Shown: in pieces, positions 13,267 to 28,683 of the stretch | Layout of the letters: each line of letters begins with the position of its first letter | Position numbering within the stretch: position 1 is the stretch's first letter | NCBI GenBank assembly: GCA_964016885.1 | Contig: OZ024740.1 | Coordinates: 42,718,001 to 42,782,000, forward strand | Direction of reading: 5' to 3' | Source: Eledone cirrhosa | Taxonomy: Eukaryota | Length of the DNA stretch: 64,000 nt | Made by a program: the position numbers and the translations under genes | Notes under the pieces: generated by a model | The model's database searches: none | What the model saw: only the letters and a program-made list of their open reading frames with translations | Told to the model about the DNA's origin: nothing

Positions 13267-14286
13267 AACTTCGGGACTTTCTTCTCACATTATATAAATA
13301 TTTTACTATTCTGCACACACTGATCTATGTAAAGTATATCGCATCCATATTTAATTAGTCACATACTCATCAAGTAATTAGAATTTATACTCTGTGCCAT
13401 TTTTAATACGGACATTATAAAATTATTATGTTTGTGCAAATATTTAAATTTTAATTAAATTATAATAAAATTCTTCCAGTAAATCTACCACATGTTGTCA
13501 TTATAAACACAAGGTAAGGGATGTCACTCACGTATCTAGCACACCTCTTAGTAGCACTGTAAAAACTATTGTTTACTTGTTGTAATGCACCAGATCATAT
13601 TTGGTGAAGCAGTTCTAGGATTTAGTCTTTCGACCATGACCATCCCATCGTATTTTCAAACAATGTGTCTAATATTACATGGCTAATATATATTTTAGTG
13701 GCGTAAAATATCCACTGTCATCTTTAAGGGTGATTTTGTTTGGCTGTTATTTCCATCAGATGGAGCATAGAAAAGAGGTCATTGCGTTATTTAATAGATG
13801 CCTGGGTTCATCACCGTACCCAGTTTCTTGGACATGTCTCTTTCGCATTTTAAGAATGAGGATTTGTTGAAAAAAACATAATCTCTCTTGCTCTGAGAAG
13901 CCCTATTATGACATCTAATATAGGTAGCAAATTAATTGACAGAAACGTAAGATAATGTAGGATAGCATTCATTGTTGTACTCATTCAGGATCGTTGTGCT
14001 TTGAACTCAATATTTCGCCGAGGCCAACGTTACCTTTCGTCCTTCGTCATATTGATAAAAGAAGTACCTGTCAAGCACTACTGTTGATACCTCCACTACC
14101 TCTATTTCACCACTCGCCTTTCTCTCCCACTCTCTCTATCTCCCCCTTTTCTCTCCCCATACTATCTCCCTCTTCCGCGCTCTCTGCCTGAATCTGTTAT
14201 GCTAAGGGACCAAAATACTAACATTTACATCGCTGTTACAACAAAGCTTTCATCACCACACTCTACCCGTGGAGACAAGAAAGAAT

Positions 14287-14518
14287 GGTTTCTTATTTAT
14301 GCACAAGGCCAGCAATTTTGGGGGAGGGGAAAGTCGATTAGATCGACCCCAGCTCATGACTGGTACTTTATTTTATCGACCCCGTAAGGATGAAAGGTAA
14401 AGCTAACCTCGGAGGGATTTGAACTCAGATCATAAAGGGCCGTAACTCTATGCTGCAAAGCATGGCGTCCGGCCCTCTACCGATACTGCCAATCCGCTGC
14501 CAATCCGCTGCCGTAAAC
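14287..14518 (-). mobile_element. tRNA-derived SINE
   Basis: Same core as 7058; TSD ACAAGAAAGAAT at 14275-14286 and 14519-14530. Confidence 0.85.
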
Positions 14519-15289
14519 ACAAGAAAGAATAGCATTTAATAATACCAGAAAATTGCCAATAGCAACCTAAGCTAGAACGTGATAAATATAGTTAATATGA
14601 CCAACATGTCAACTAAAATAGAAGAATGGAAGTACCACAGAGGCCATACATCACATGAGCGGCCTTGATTAACCACTTCGATATCAAACAACCTGACTCC
14701 ACTCCCTGTTTTTACGATAAAAAATAGTTTGTTTTAAAGTGTTTATATTTATCTAATAACCTTCCATCATAACTTTATGTAAGAACCTGTGTTAAATTAT
14801 GTTCCAGTTAGTTATGTTACTAAATTATTTTAAACTCTTGATTATTTTCTGAATTACTCGAAAACCATTGGCAGTGTTTTGAAATATATTAGCAACGAAT
14901 AGATTAGCCAGACCACTTTAATAAAAATAAAAAAAAACTCAAATTCTTTTCTTTCCGATATCGCTGTGAATGCTACATCATTTGTTCAACGAGAAAAATA
15001 GCCCATCAGAATAGCCCAGACCTTTATTAAACAGCGGCCATGCAGAGACACGATCTTGAAGAGATTTAGTCAATCATATCGACGACCAGACATTTTTCAA
15101 ATTTTATACTTATTTTATCGAACTCTTTTAGTTGAACTACTAAGTTTTGGGGATACAGAAACAAACAGTAATGTGCTCTCACAAGGTGATATTTCTAAAC
15201 AAATATATCAAGATGTTTTATTATATAGCAATAGAAAGATATGTGTGTGTGTATGTGCGTATGTGTGCGAAGGGCTTCCACATACTTAG

Positions 15290-15780
15290 TGTCCGTATTC
15301 CAAAGTAACTGACAGTGAGTAGAAATTACTCTGAGTAGAAATTAATTGCGCAAGGAGTTAAATAGTGTGTCTGAATTCGAACCTACGTGGTAGCCAATTG
15401 AACTCCTTAACTACACAGCCACGACGGCACCAGTAACTATAATAGCATCAAGTTTTGAAATATCCCGCGGTTGGACCCGTATAGCTCACATTACATATCA
15501 ACGCTATGCTTTGACGCATAGAGTTACGGCCCTTGCCATTCTGAGTTCGAACCCCGCCGAGGTTAACTTTGCCTTTCATCATTACGGGGTCGATAAAATA
15601 AAGTCCCAGTAATACACTGGTTAATTGCTGGCCTTGTGCCAAAAAGTAGAAACAATTATAAATCAACATTGCATGCTAGACTCACAATCGTAAGATTGAG
15701 AGTTCGATTTCCGGCAGGTTGTTGTGTCTTTGAGCAAAACACTTAATTTCACGTTAGTTCAGCTCACTTAGCTACCCAAA
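15290..15780. mobile_element. Cluster of three SINE fragments from different families
   Basis: 15290-15425 (-) tRNA-like head; 15505-15660 (+) Nin-like core; 15670-15780 (+) TTGAGCAAAACACTT core. Confidence 0.65.
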
Positions 15781-15794
15781 TATCTGCAAACACA

Positions 15795-17830
<2,036 letters not shown>

Positions 17831-18184
17831 TATATATACATATATATATATACACATATATATGTGTGTCTATATATATATGTGTATATATATACACACA
17901 CATATGTATATATATATACATATATATATATACATACACACACACACACACACACATATATATATGGACACACACACATAGGCAGCTGAAATTTGTTGCT
18001 TTATTTTCTCCATCACAAAGTCACACTCGTAAGACCGAAGTTAATCATTAGATTAAAAGAATATCTGTTAATACACCATGCAGCATTTTAATGAATTTTA
18101 TTTGAGAATATGTTTATCTTGTCTATACTTCCTCATTCGCTTTGAGATGTGCGTATAAATATTCAGTACTATATGTGTGTGTGT

Positions 18185-18430
18185 GTGACTGCTCACATCT
18201 ATGCAGGTTTAGCTGGCCCCCTCCAAGGTATATCTCGTTGGGGTACCTTGGGTGATTTAATGATAGGGACCCCAGTCCTATCATCTCATTTCTACAGCTG
18301 AGTAAACTGGAGGAACGTGAAATAAAGTGTCTTGCTCAAGGAAACAACACATCATCCTGTCCGAGAATTGAACTCACAATCTTTCGATTGCAAGCCAATG
18401 CTCTAACCACTAAGCCATACGCCTTCACAT
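18185..18430 (-). mobile_element. tRNA-derived SINE (CTTGAGCAAGACACTT core)
   Basis: tRNA-like head; TSD-like CAGTACTATAT at 18164-18174 and 18431-18441; related to 57140-57427 and 60628-60745. Confidence 0.75.
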
Positions 18431-19084
18431 CAGTACTATATATAAAACTAGAGAAGGTAAAATGTTTTACAAGTATTAGTTTCTAATTTAGGCACAAGGG
18501 CATCCCTTTTGGGGGAAAGGGAAAGCCAATATAAATATACACCATTACTTGTCTGGCACTTTAGTTTCTGGAAAGGAAAAGTTAACCCTTGAACATAAAT
18601 ACCGGAATACATTTTCCAGTGCTCTAACAATTCGGCCAATCCATCGCTTTTCTCTGTAGAGTTATAATGCATAGTCCAAAAACTCTTGAGGGAGCCGTAG
18701 GGGCGCTGTATTGAGTTACGGTGTTTCTAAGGCATTAAAAAAACAATAAATTGTTTGAGCCCATCTCTCCAGATCTGTATACAACAGCTTTCTTCCAGAG
18801 TAGGATAGAGATTGAGAGAATGGAAGTGAGAAAGAGATATAAGGGACGAATCAGCCCCAATAATAGACTGGTATTTTTTTATCGACCGTGAATTGATGGA
18901 AGGCAATGTTAACAACGGCGGCATTCGAAGCATTCTGTCTAATGCTCTAACAGTTCGCCAAATCCAACGTTCTTCTCCCTAGAGTTATAATGCTGTAGAG
19001 AATATAGATACATCTTGTATTGGATACAGAACTTCAAATGCTATCTACACTAATTAATTAAGGGATATCGAATGTGCATCATAA

Positions 19085-19613
19085 TAATTATTTCTACTTT
19101 TGGCACGGGGTCAATAATTTGGGGGGAATGGGAAAGTTGATTAATTCGACCCCAATGTATTATTGGTACTTAATTTTATTGACCCCTTGAAGGTGAATGG
19201 CAAAGCTAACTTCAGCTGGATTAGAACTAAGTACGTAAAGGGCTATAACTTTATGCTACGAATCATGGTGTCGAAGTCTTTACTGATATTTCCAGTCCAC
19301 CGCCTTTGTGGATTTAGTCGGATCAATTGGAGACGGCTCCTTGTGACAGTACCCGCTGGAAGGTGTACTTCAGGACTCTGCCCTCACAACGTTCCTAGGA
19401 TAAGTGAACGAAAAATAAAAGAACAAGTGCTTTATAATAATTGTTTCTACTTTTGGCACAAGGCCAGCAATTACCCAGTGCATTACTGGTACTTTATTTT
19501 ATCAATCCCGTAAAAATGAAATCCAAAGTTAACCTTGGCAGGATTTGAACTTAGAATGGAAAGCGTCAAAGCATGGCTTCCAACCTTCTACCGATACTGC
19601 CAATCCACCGCCC
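19085..19613 (-). mobile_element. Two SINE copies (19085-19304, 19435-19613)
   Basis: Reverse complement of the 7058-type SINE. Confidence 0.8.
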
Positions 19614-20405
19614 TATGATAGTTCGTTTTTTAAACAACATAGGAATATCAAATAACTAGTCTGTTTTGAATTTGGTATGTCTGTTATTGCTAATGCAATG
19701 GTAATTACAATTTTGCTATTGATTTTCGTATTAGCAAACACTGAGTATTTCGTTAATATATTTTAATGTAATAATTTTATCAAAGATCAGAATAATTCAC
19801 ATTGCAAATGTAAATTTATTTAAATTGAAAATGAAATATTAAACCTAAATTTTTCATTAATTAGTAATTTTAGATTCAGATTAATCCTTAGAGAACCTGA
19901 TGTGGATTTGAAGATAGAAAGATTGCAATTATCCTTTCATAAATCGTTTTCCTTGTGGACATTAGAAGCTCTAGAATTCATGGAATAGAGAAACTGAAAG
20001 TTGCTTGAAAAGTTTATTTAACAAGTAAGGTTGAAAAAATGAGAAAAAATATGAGAAAAAATATCTGTACATTTCTAGATAGTATTACAATACTAGTTTT
20101 TTAGGGAAATGAATTTTTAGGGAAATGAATTTTGTTGAGTATTGTGAATGATAAGACACAAATGTGCAACCACATTAATTTGCATTGCTATATTAACGTT
20201 TATTTCATATACTTTACATTTCTTAATATTGTAAAATGTCACGAAAGATAATGTTGAGTGAGATTGCAAATAAGTTTTCTTTCATATTTTTCTATATTTT
20301 TCTTAAGTAAAGATATGGAAAAAATCCATATCATCTAAAAATTACTCATCACCTTCTGAATAGAATGAAATTTATATGACATGCTAACGTATTATCAACC
20401 TGCTT

Positions 20406-20597
<192 letters not shown>

Positions 20598-21207
20598 ATA
20601 TATATACTAACGTAACTCAAAAGGTTCTAATTAGCAGGTGTAATTTACTATGCGAAGAAGAGCAGCAACATTCCTTAAAATATGTTTTCCACTATATTCA
20701 TAATGCAGTGATGATATCATTACATAGTTTTTATTCTCTCCATGAACCACAATTTTGAATTCAGCATCGGGCTGCGTTGAAGTTATACTGCATAGAATAT
20801 GAGGTAAATAAATATATACATGATTAATCATATATTGAATTAACAGCAGCACCACGGTTGTAGGTTAAAGATAATAGTTGGATTCTGTGTGGACGTCTGC
20901 CAATAATTATGATAAATGTTTTATATTAAAAACAGACACTTTCTATCCTGAGTAGATGCCCACAAATACATTGGATGTGCTCACATATGAGATGGTACGA
21001 TATTGGAAAGCAATATCTAAAATGGACATATTGCAATCGAAAAGTAATAAAATCCAACTGTTTTATAAGGTAAATATATACCATGTAAATAGGCGTCCAT
21101 TGTTCTGTTTATTTCATAAGGTTTATTCCACATCTTTATCAATGTGATACGTATTTACATGCGTACCTACGTACGTATGTATGTATGTATGTATGTATGT
21201 ATGTATG

Positions 21208-21774
21208 TACGACCTGTCTCATGGTCGGATCGTTGGCGACTAAACTGGCAACCCCACCAAGGTTTCTTGGTGAGGAGGGTGACTTTGGACATCCTGCAGG
21301 ACTAAAAACAAAACCTGTCAAAGGGCAAAGGAGCTCTTAAGAGTCAATGGCCATCCAAAATCACCGGGAGAGATGACCCCTTAGCCTTTGTCAAGGCAGA
21401 ATTCTAGGAGAAGGAAAACTCTGATATAACACCTGCAACTCTGATGGTATCCAATGATGTTGACTTGTTCTTCTTTTTGGTAAATATCATCTTGGTTAAG
21501 AGAGTGGGACTGGCTTTGTGCAGTGCCTTTGCTCACTATAAAAGCTTCACGGCACAGGCATTGCTTTATATCTGGAGATCTCTCTGCACTTGTTGTCACG
21601 TGGTGCCATGGGCCCAGCACTGTGTGTCAGTAATTGTCACAGGTGTAGTGTTTGTACCAGAGTTTTCAAGTCGCTGGCTAGACTAAAAAGTCACACTCGT
21701 TCAGCGCATCCGTAGGGGTTCTCCTACATGGATATAAAGTAGTGGCCGTACTCGAAAACGAGTTGGCAGCCACC
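21208..21774 (+). mobile_element. Non-autonomous bipartite RTE-derived element, copy 1
   Basis: RTE-like 5' UTR (CTAGGAGAAGGAAAACTCTGAT) fused to an RTE 3' end (C2H2 remnant RVFKSLA.LKSHTRS; TACTCGAAAACGAG stem) with (ATGT)n tail; nearly identical to 26244-26853. Confidence 0.65.
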
Positions 21775-21829
21775 ATGTATGTATGTATGTATGTATGTAT
21801 GTATGTATGTATGTATGTATGTATGTATG

Positions 21830-24800
21830 TTCTTCTGGTTTTATAATTTTACAAAGTTTTACCAATAGAGAGAGAGTCGGTTTCTAATATAGACACAAGA
21901 CTCTCTCATTGGAATTTACACAACATCAACTAGGTAGATATGTATGTATGTTTGCATGCATGCATGTGTAGATATGGATGTTATTGTATGTATGGATGTG
22001 TATGTTTTGAGTTGTATGTGTGCATGTGTATATGCTTTGTATCTGTACATGTGTATATGCAGTTATTAGATGCAAAATGTTTGGAATGTTTTACATATTT
22101 TTACTGTTCCATTAATGGATTGTACTTGTAATTTCCTAACTAGTTGTGTTTTTCTGTTCCTGTGAAGCCTAGCTTCTCAAGATATGTATTGAGGCAGTTA
22201 CTAACATATCCCAGTGACCCAATAATCACAGGCATAAATCTGAAGGTGTAATCAGGGTGGAGTATCTGCAGATTTCTCATCAGTTCTGCATAAATATTCT
22301 CCTTTTCACTAATCTTGGATATTATATTGGCATCTGCTGGGTAGCTAATTTCCACTACTGTGCATGTTTTCTTCTCCCTGTCCCATATCATAATATCTGG
22401 TCTGATATGCCTGCATTTTATTGGGGTTTTTACTGGAACATTCCACCAAGACTCTTTCATATTATGTACATGGATGTCTTCCACATTGTTGTAGCTTTTA
22501 ATGTGTTTATTATCGGGGCTATCTTTTTTACGAACTGCATTGTACAGTGTTTTGGCCACTACATCATGCCTCATAGGTAGATAGTACCGCGATGACATCT
22601 TTGGGTAGCTGCTGATGACATGGGTGATATCCTCGATGTTAGTTCTGCAGAGTCTGCACTTGTTATCACATCTAGGTGTTTTGCCTGCATCACTATCTCT
22701 TTTATGAATCAGGTATTTCGTGCTAGTCTCCTGTTCTTGGATTGCAAAAGCATATACTTCAAAGTGGGAACCAATATAGCGGTTGTTGGTCCAAGCTAGA
22801 CTATTTTCCTTATCTATATTACTCTCATTCTGGAGCTTCCTGGCAACATATCCATGCATGATTTTTTACTGATAGGCATGTAGTTTTTCATCCATGGATT
22901 CACTGCGATACTGCTGAGCGACATCCCTGGGTGTCAGTTTTTGATTATCACACAGGGAATATCTCTCAAGGAGTTCCTTCCCAACTCTCATGATCTTATC
23001 TGTTTCATGCAGATAGACTTGCTCGAGAAGCGGGCTCCTACGATTCGAGGTTCGTAGATGTTGTCGCAGAGATATGATGCGACATTCAAATTTTGTCTGG
23101 ACTGATGTTGGGCCTCTGCCTCCCTGCTTACGTGTCAAGTAAAGGCGGTCTATGTCACTGTTGATGTGGAAGTTTCCGGTGTTGTTCAATATTTTCCGAG
23201 TTCCAACATCAACTGCTCGGATTTCGTCTATCGTCCAATTGAGTATTCCAAACGTTGGTCTTAGGACAGGCACAGCAAACACATTGTGAGCCACTGTTTT
23301 GTTTTGCGCAGAGAGTTACGATGACCAGGTCTTTCTTAATCGGGTATAGTATTCCCTGGTTACGCGTTCTTTTTTACAGATACCATTATAGGATATGTTC
23401 TCATCTATCCCCAGGTATCTGTAGCAGTCCTCATCAGATATCGGTGAAACAGTTAGACCATTGATGACAATGTTGCTAAATTGGGTTGGTGTTATTCCCC
23501 GCTTTACAGTCATGTATGAGCATTTATCTTGGCCAAACACCATTCCTATATCCTTTGAGAACGTTGTAAACATTTCAAGATTTTTCTTCATCCCATCCAT
23601 GTTCTTGGCATAGAGTTACAGATCGTCCACAAAGAAGTTATGGGTTAGGTTCGTATTTCTGTCCTCCTGTGAGCCAATGATGTATCCCTCACATTTCTTG
23701 AGCAGAAAGGACAAGGGGTTTAATGACAAGATGAACAATATCACAGAGAGACTGTCCCCCTGAAATATACCCCTGCAATATTTTATTTTATCAGTGGAAA
23801 TAGAGTCCTCCCTCTCTGTCTTTAACCTTAGGATAGTAGCCCAAGAAGAAGACAGCCTCTCTATGGCTCTGACAATAATGTCTGTGACTTTAGCAAGTTG
23901 GAGGGCCTCTATCATCCAAGAGTGGGGAACAGAATCGAAAGCTTTCTTGTAGTCCAGCCAGACTGTAGTCATATTCCTCCTAAGTTGTCGCACCTCCGAC
24001 ATCGCAGTTTAGTTGATTAGGAGTTGTTCAGCACATCCCCAAACCCTTTTCTTTCCAGCTGCTTGTTCATCTGTGATGATGTTATTATTTTCACAGTGAT
24101 CTTGGAGCAATAGGTTGAGGCAGGCTGTATACATCTTATACATCAGGTTCTGGCATGCAATGGGTCGGTAGTTTTTTGACAAGTGGGTGTCTTTGTTCTT
24201 GGGGACCAGTAACGTTTGTGCTAATGTCAACCATTCTGGTATAAGTGTATCTCCCTTAAGAACTTGTTGGTAGAGGTCAGTAAGATACCTCCGATAGAAT
24301 ATTAGTTTTTTGTACCAGTAGCCGACAATCATGTCTCTTCCTGGTGTTATCTTATCTTGGAGTTTTTCCTATCACAGTCTCAAGGGTACCCTCACTTATT
24401 TCGTATGTTCTTGTTGTAGTGTAGGAGCAATAGTTCTTTCGGATTTCTCTTAGCCACACTGCATCTTGGTTGAAATTCTTCTTTTCACCCCATATTTTTC
24501 TCCAAAAGGAATCTATGTCTTTCTGGGATGGGGCCTCAGTGACACTTATTATGTTGCCCTTCATATCTCTATAGACTGATGTTTGGTTTCGTCTGAATCT
24601 TTTATTAAGCCTTTTTCTCTCATCTACCTTCTTCAGGTATCGGCGTTTTTCGCTAACAACTCTCAATTCTTGTTTGAGGGTGATCAGCTTATATTGGAGA
24701 GTACTGGTTCTACTGTTACCAAACATCGTCTCTATTTTATTTTTCACTCTTTGTTGGTGAGGAGTGATGTTTTTTTGTGTTTGTTTGCATGTAAGGAGCA

Positions 24801-26148
24801 TTATCACATGTCCTATGTTTTTTCGTAGGTCAGCACTCTTTTTTTCTATTTTAGTTATATATGATGGTATTTTTGGTGGTGTTTTGTTCTTGTTAATATC
24901 TCTGCTATCATCAAGATAATTCTTCACTGTCATTAGTAAGGCATATAAACAGGCGTTGATTTGCCAAAATGTTGGGGTTTTTATCCGTGGTAAATATTCA
25001 TCCCCTATTTCGTCAATAACACGTAGTATTTCATTATTTGGTTTTTTGAGGGCGGTGAATTGGCAGTATCGGTAGAGGGTCAGACATGCTTTCTAGCATA
25101 GTTACGTCTCTTTACGATCTGAGTTCAAATCCCGCCGAGGTTAACTTTGCCTTTCATCCTTACGAGGTCGATAAAATAAAGTACCAGTAATATACTGGGT
25201 AATTGCTGGCCTTGTGCCAAAAAGTAGAAACAATTATTTGGTTTTTTATTCACCATTGTCATTTTAACACGTTCAGCCAGAGAGATATTTATACATGAGT
25301 TAATTTCTCTCTGGAAGATTTTGTTGAGGGAAATTTTCAATTGTTTATACTTTTGATTATCATTATCGATAGTATTTTCCACAACAGTCGAGGTAGACTC
25401 GGATGGTATACGTGGCGTCACATTTATTCGATTATTATTATTATTTCTTGGGTTATTATTATTATCGATAGTGTTTTCCCCAGTATTCGAGGTAGACTTA
25501 GATGGTACAGGCATAGTTGTTTCAAGGCGCTGTTCGACCTGGCTGCTAGGAAGTCTAGTAGCATGGCGATCTGTAGCACGTGTTGTTGTTTCCATGTTTG
25601 TTGTGGGGGACTTACAATTAATAATATTTATCTTATTTTTACGTTCAACAAACGTCGCTTGTTGGCGTAATTGTTTCGCCGTGAAATAATTTAGCTCTGG
25701 GTGCATTTCGTCCCAGTGTAGCTTCATTCTATTTATATAGCCAATGGAGCGATTGTTTTTTGCCATTTTATAACAATTAAATAAATCATTATTAAGTTCG
25801 CAACTCCAAGAGAAATGCGATTTATAATTTCGGTTTCTTCTGTAGCTACAACTGAATAAAGTTTGATTACCTTCTTTGTTATTTTTCTTCGATACTTCCT
25901 TAATTTTCTTGTTGATGTTGTGTTCAGCCATGCTGTTTGTAGCAAATCCTTGTAAAATGAATTATGTATTTAGTCGGATATCTCTACGAATTCGAATAAA
26001 AGGTGTCTTCAGAAGGGATAGTTAGAAGAATAACCAGTTATTCAACCTGGCTGTAGTTGTGGCATTACTGTCGGAGATAGTATTCATCTTAAATTTAATA
26101 AATAGTCTCCCACGCAAAAATATGCGACTGATCGCGTTGACTGATGGA

Positions 26149-26149
<1 letters not shown>
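21830..26149 (-). mobile_element. Near full-length R4/Dong-clade LINE (Myb-like, RT, CCHC, RLE), disrupted
   Basis: ORF pieces from 25931 to 22140: Myb-like WSCELN…WDEMHP, NYRPIAC, WLDYKKAFDSVPH, GIFQGDSLS, FFVDDL, YRYLG, CRLC…H, RHDVV, RPDIMIWD…VEIS. Stops and frameshifts; (TACA)n on both sides. Confidence 0.9.
25048..25232 (+). mobile_element. SINE inserted in the R4/Dong LINE
   Basis: 15-bp TSD ATTATTTGGTTTTTT at 25033-25047 and 25233-25247. Confidence 0.9.
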
Positions 26150-26179
<30 letters not shown>

Positions 26180-26243
26180 TGTATGTATGTATGTATGTAT
26201 GTATGTATGTATTATGTATGTATGTATATATGTATGTATGTAT

Positions 26244-26853
26244 GTCACCAGTTGGTGCTACTGGTAACATGTATCCCAGTACAACCTGTCCCATGGTCGG
26301 GTCGTTGGCGACTAAACTGGCAACCCCACCAAGGTTGCTTGGTGAGTAGGGTGACTTTGGACATCCTGCAGGACTAAAAACAAAACCTGTCAAAGGGCAA
26401 AGGAGCTCTTTAGAGTCAATGGCCATCCCAAATCACTGGGAGAGATGACCCCTTAGCCTTTGTCAAGGCAGAATTCTAGGAGAAGGAAAACTCTGATATA
26501 ACACCTGCAACCCTGATGGTATCCAATGATGTTGACTTGTTCTTCTTTTTGGTAAATATTATCTTGGTTAAGAGAGTGGGACTGGCTTTGTGCAGTGCTT
26601 TTGCTCACTATAAAAGCTTCACGGCACAGGCATTGCTTTATATCTGGAGATCTCTGATCTCTCTGCACTTGTCGTCACATGGTACCATGGGCCCAGCACT
26701 ATGTGTCAATAATTGTCACAGGTGTAGTGTTTGTACCAGAGTTTTCAAGTCGCTGGCTGGACTAAAAAGTCACACTCGTTCAGCGCATTGGTAGGGGTTC
26801 TCCTACATAGATATAAAGTAGTGGCCGTACTCGAAAACGAGTTGGCAGCCACC
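26244..26853 (+). mobile_element. Non-autonomous bipartite RTE-derived element, copy 2
   Basis: As for 21208-21774 but with a longer 5' end; (ATGT)n on both sides. Confidence 0.65.
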
Positions 26854-27040
26854 ATGTATGTATGTATGTATGTATGTATGTATGTATGTATGTATGTATG
26901 TATGTATGTATGTATGTATGTATGTATGTATGTATGCATGTATGTATGTATGCATGTATCTATGCATGTATGTACGTACGTGTGTACGTACGTACGTACG
27001 TATGTACGTACGTATGTATGTATGTGTGTATGTATGTATA

Positions 27041-28245
27041 TTCTTCTGGTTTTCTTATTTCATACGTTTCCATCAATAGAGGGAGCCAGAACATAGAAAC
27101 AAGAGACTTTCATTGGAATTTAGACACCAATAAGGTACATACGTATGTATATCAGTATGTGTTTGTGCGTGTGTATGTGACTGTGTGTTTTTGTGCAGGT
27201 ATAGATGCATTTGGATGTGTCGATCTCTATGTTTTTAGTTATATATACTTCTGTATATACATGTGTATATAGAGATATTACAGGCTTATTTTCTGAAATA
27301 GTTTACATATATTTACAGTTCTATTAATGGACTTGGCTTACAAATTCCTAACTAGCCATAACCTTAGTGAATTCCAGCTTTTCAAGATTCCTACTGAGAC
27401 AGTAACATACCCAAAAGCTGCAAATGTAAACGGATAGTCTGAGTGGAATATCTGCGGATTCCTCAGTATAAATGTTCGACTTTTCCGTAAACTGTACCAT
27501 TATATAGACATCTGCTGAGTAGCTGATACCCGCTACGGTATATTCCTTCTTTTCTCTGTCCCAATCACTATGTCTGTTCTGTTATATTGCATTTTATTAG
27601 GGTTTTGACTGGAACATTCCACCAGTACTCTTACATATTATGTATGCATATGTCCTTCACATCACTGTCATTTTATATATCAGTATTATCCTGTCTTCGG
27701 ATTTCAATATATTGTATTTTGGCTACTGCATTAAGCCTTATAGGTAGATAGTGTCACAATGACATCTTTGAACATTTGCATATAATGTGGGTGACTTCCT
27801 CGATGTTTATTACGCAGTCTACATCTGTTGTAGCTACTAAGTGTTTGGCAAGCGTCTCTACCTCTATCTCTTTTGTGCATCAGATGTTTCATTGTTATTT
27901 CCTATTATTTCAAAAGCATATCCTTCAAAGTGAGAGCCAATATACCGGTTGTTGGTTTAAGTCTACTTTCCTTATCTATATTACTCGTAGTTTTCAGCTT
28001 ACTGGCAACATATTCATGCATGGAATTTTTTGCTGATAAGCATGCAACTTTTCATCCATGGATTCATTGCATTATTGCTGTGCAATTTCCCTGGGTGTGA
28101 GTTTTCGGGCACCATACGGGAGCATTTCTCAATGAGTTTCTTCCAAAATCTCATTATGTTGTCTATCTTATAAACAAACTTGTTCTATAGATGGGCTTCT
28201 ACGGTTAGTATTTTGTAGATGTCGGAAAGATGTTATGTGTCACTT
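27041..28245 (-). mobile_element. Older 5'-truncated R4/Dong-like LINE 3' part
   Basis: Colinear with, but much diverged from, 21830-23090; same 3' terminus (AAAACCAGAAGAA) next to (TACA)n. Confidence 0.8.
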
Positions 28246-28683
28246 CTATATTGTTTTGTTATATTGTTCGAGTAATATTTACGTATGTTACAAGATTTGT
28301 ATAGTATGGCCTGTAGTTTGCAGTTGCAAAGGTTCGTTTAGGAAACGCAAGAAATAGGGATACAGGTTAGAATAGGCGTATATTTACACACATAAATATT
28401 TATACACATTCACGCTTGAACTAAACTAAAAGAACACAATGAAAAGGGATCAAATGAAAAGGGTCGAAATATAATAGAGGAAATCAGTGGAGTAGTAAGT
28501 AGTTGAGTGATGTGAGGTGGCTGTTGAGAGTTAAGAAGTTTGAAAGGAAGACAATAGGAGACTTAGATCCCCAACACGTCATGGATGATTATGAAATGCA
28601 ACAAACAAACGTAGAGAATGATGCTAATATTGGAAATACTATGCTATAGAAGTAGCACAATTTGATTTCAATCTATCAATGAT

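Larger units (their letters stand above)
10087..14090. repeat. Locally duplicated cassette: U2 flanks and fragments plus decayed CR1/L2-like RT piece
   Basis: 10120-10385, 11546-11845 and 13268-13560 are homologous. 10418-10585, 10775-11100 and 12868-13215 are homologous and encode a decayed VPQGTVLGPLLFII-like and NNMLLNKEKF-like RT remnant. 11100-11260 resembles 13900-14090. Confidence 0.8.
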
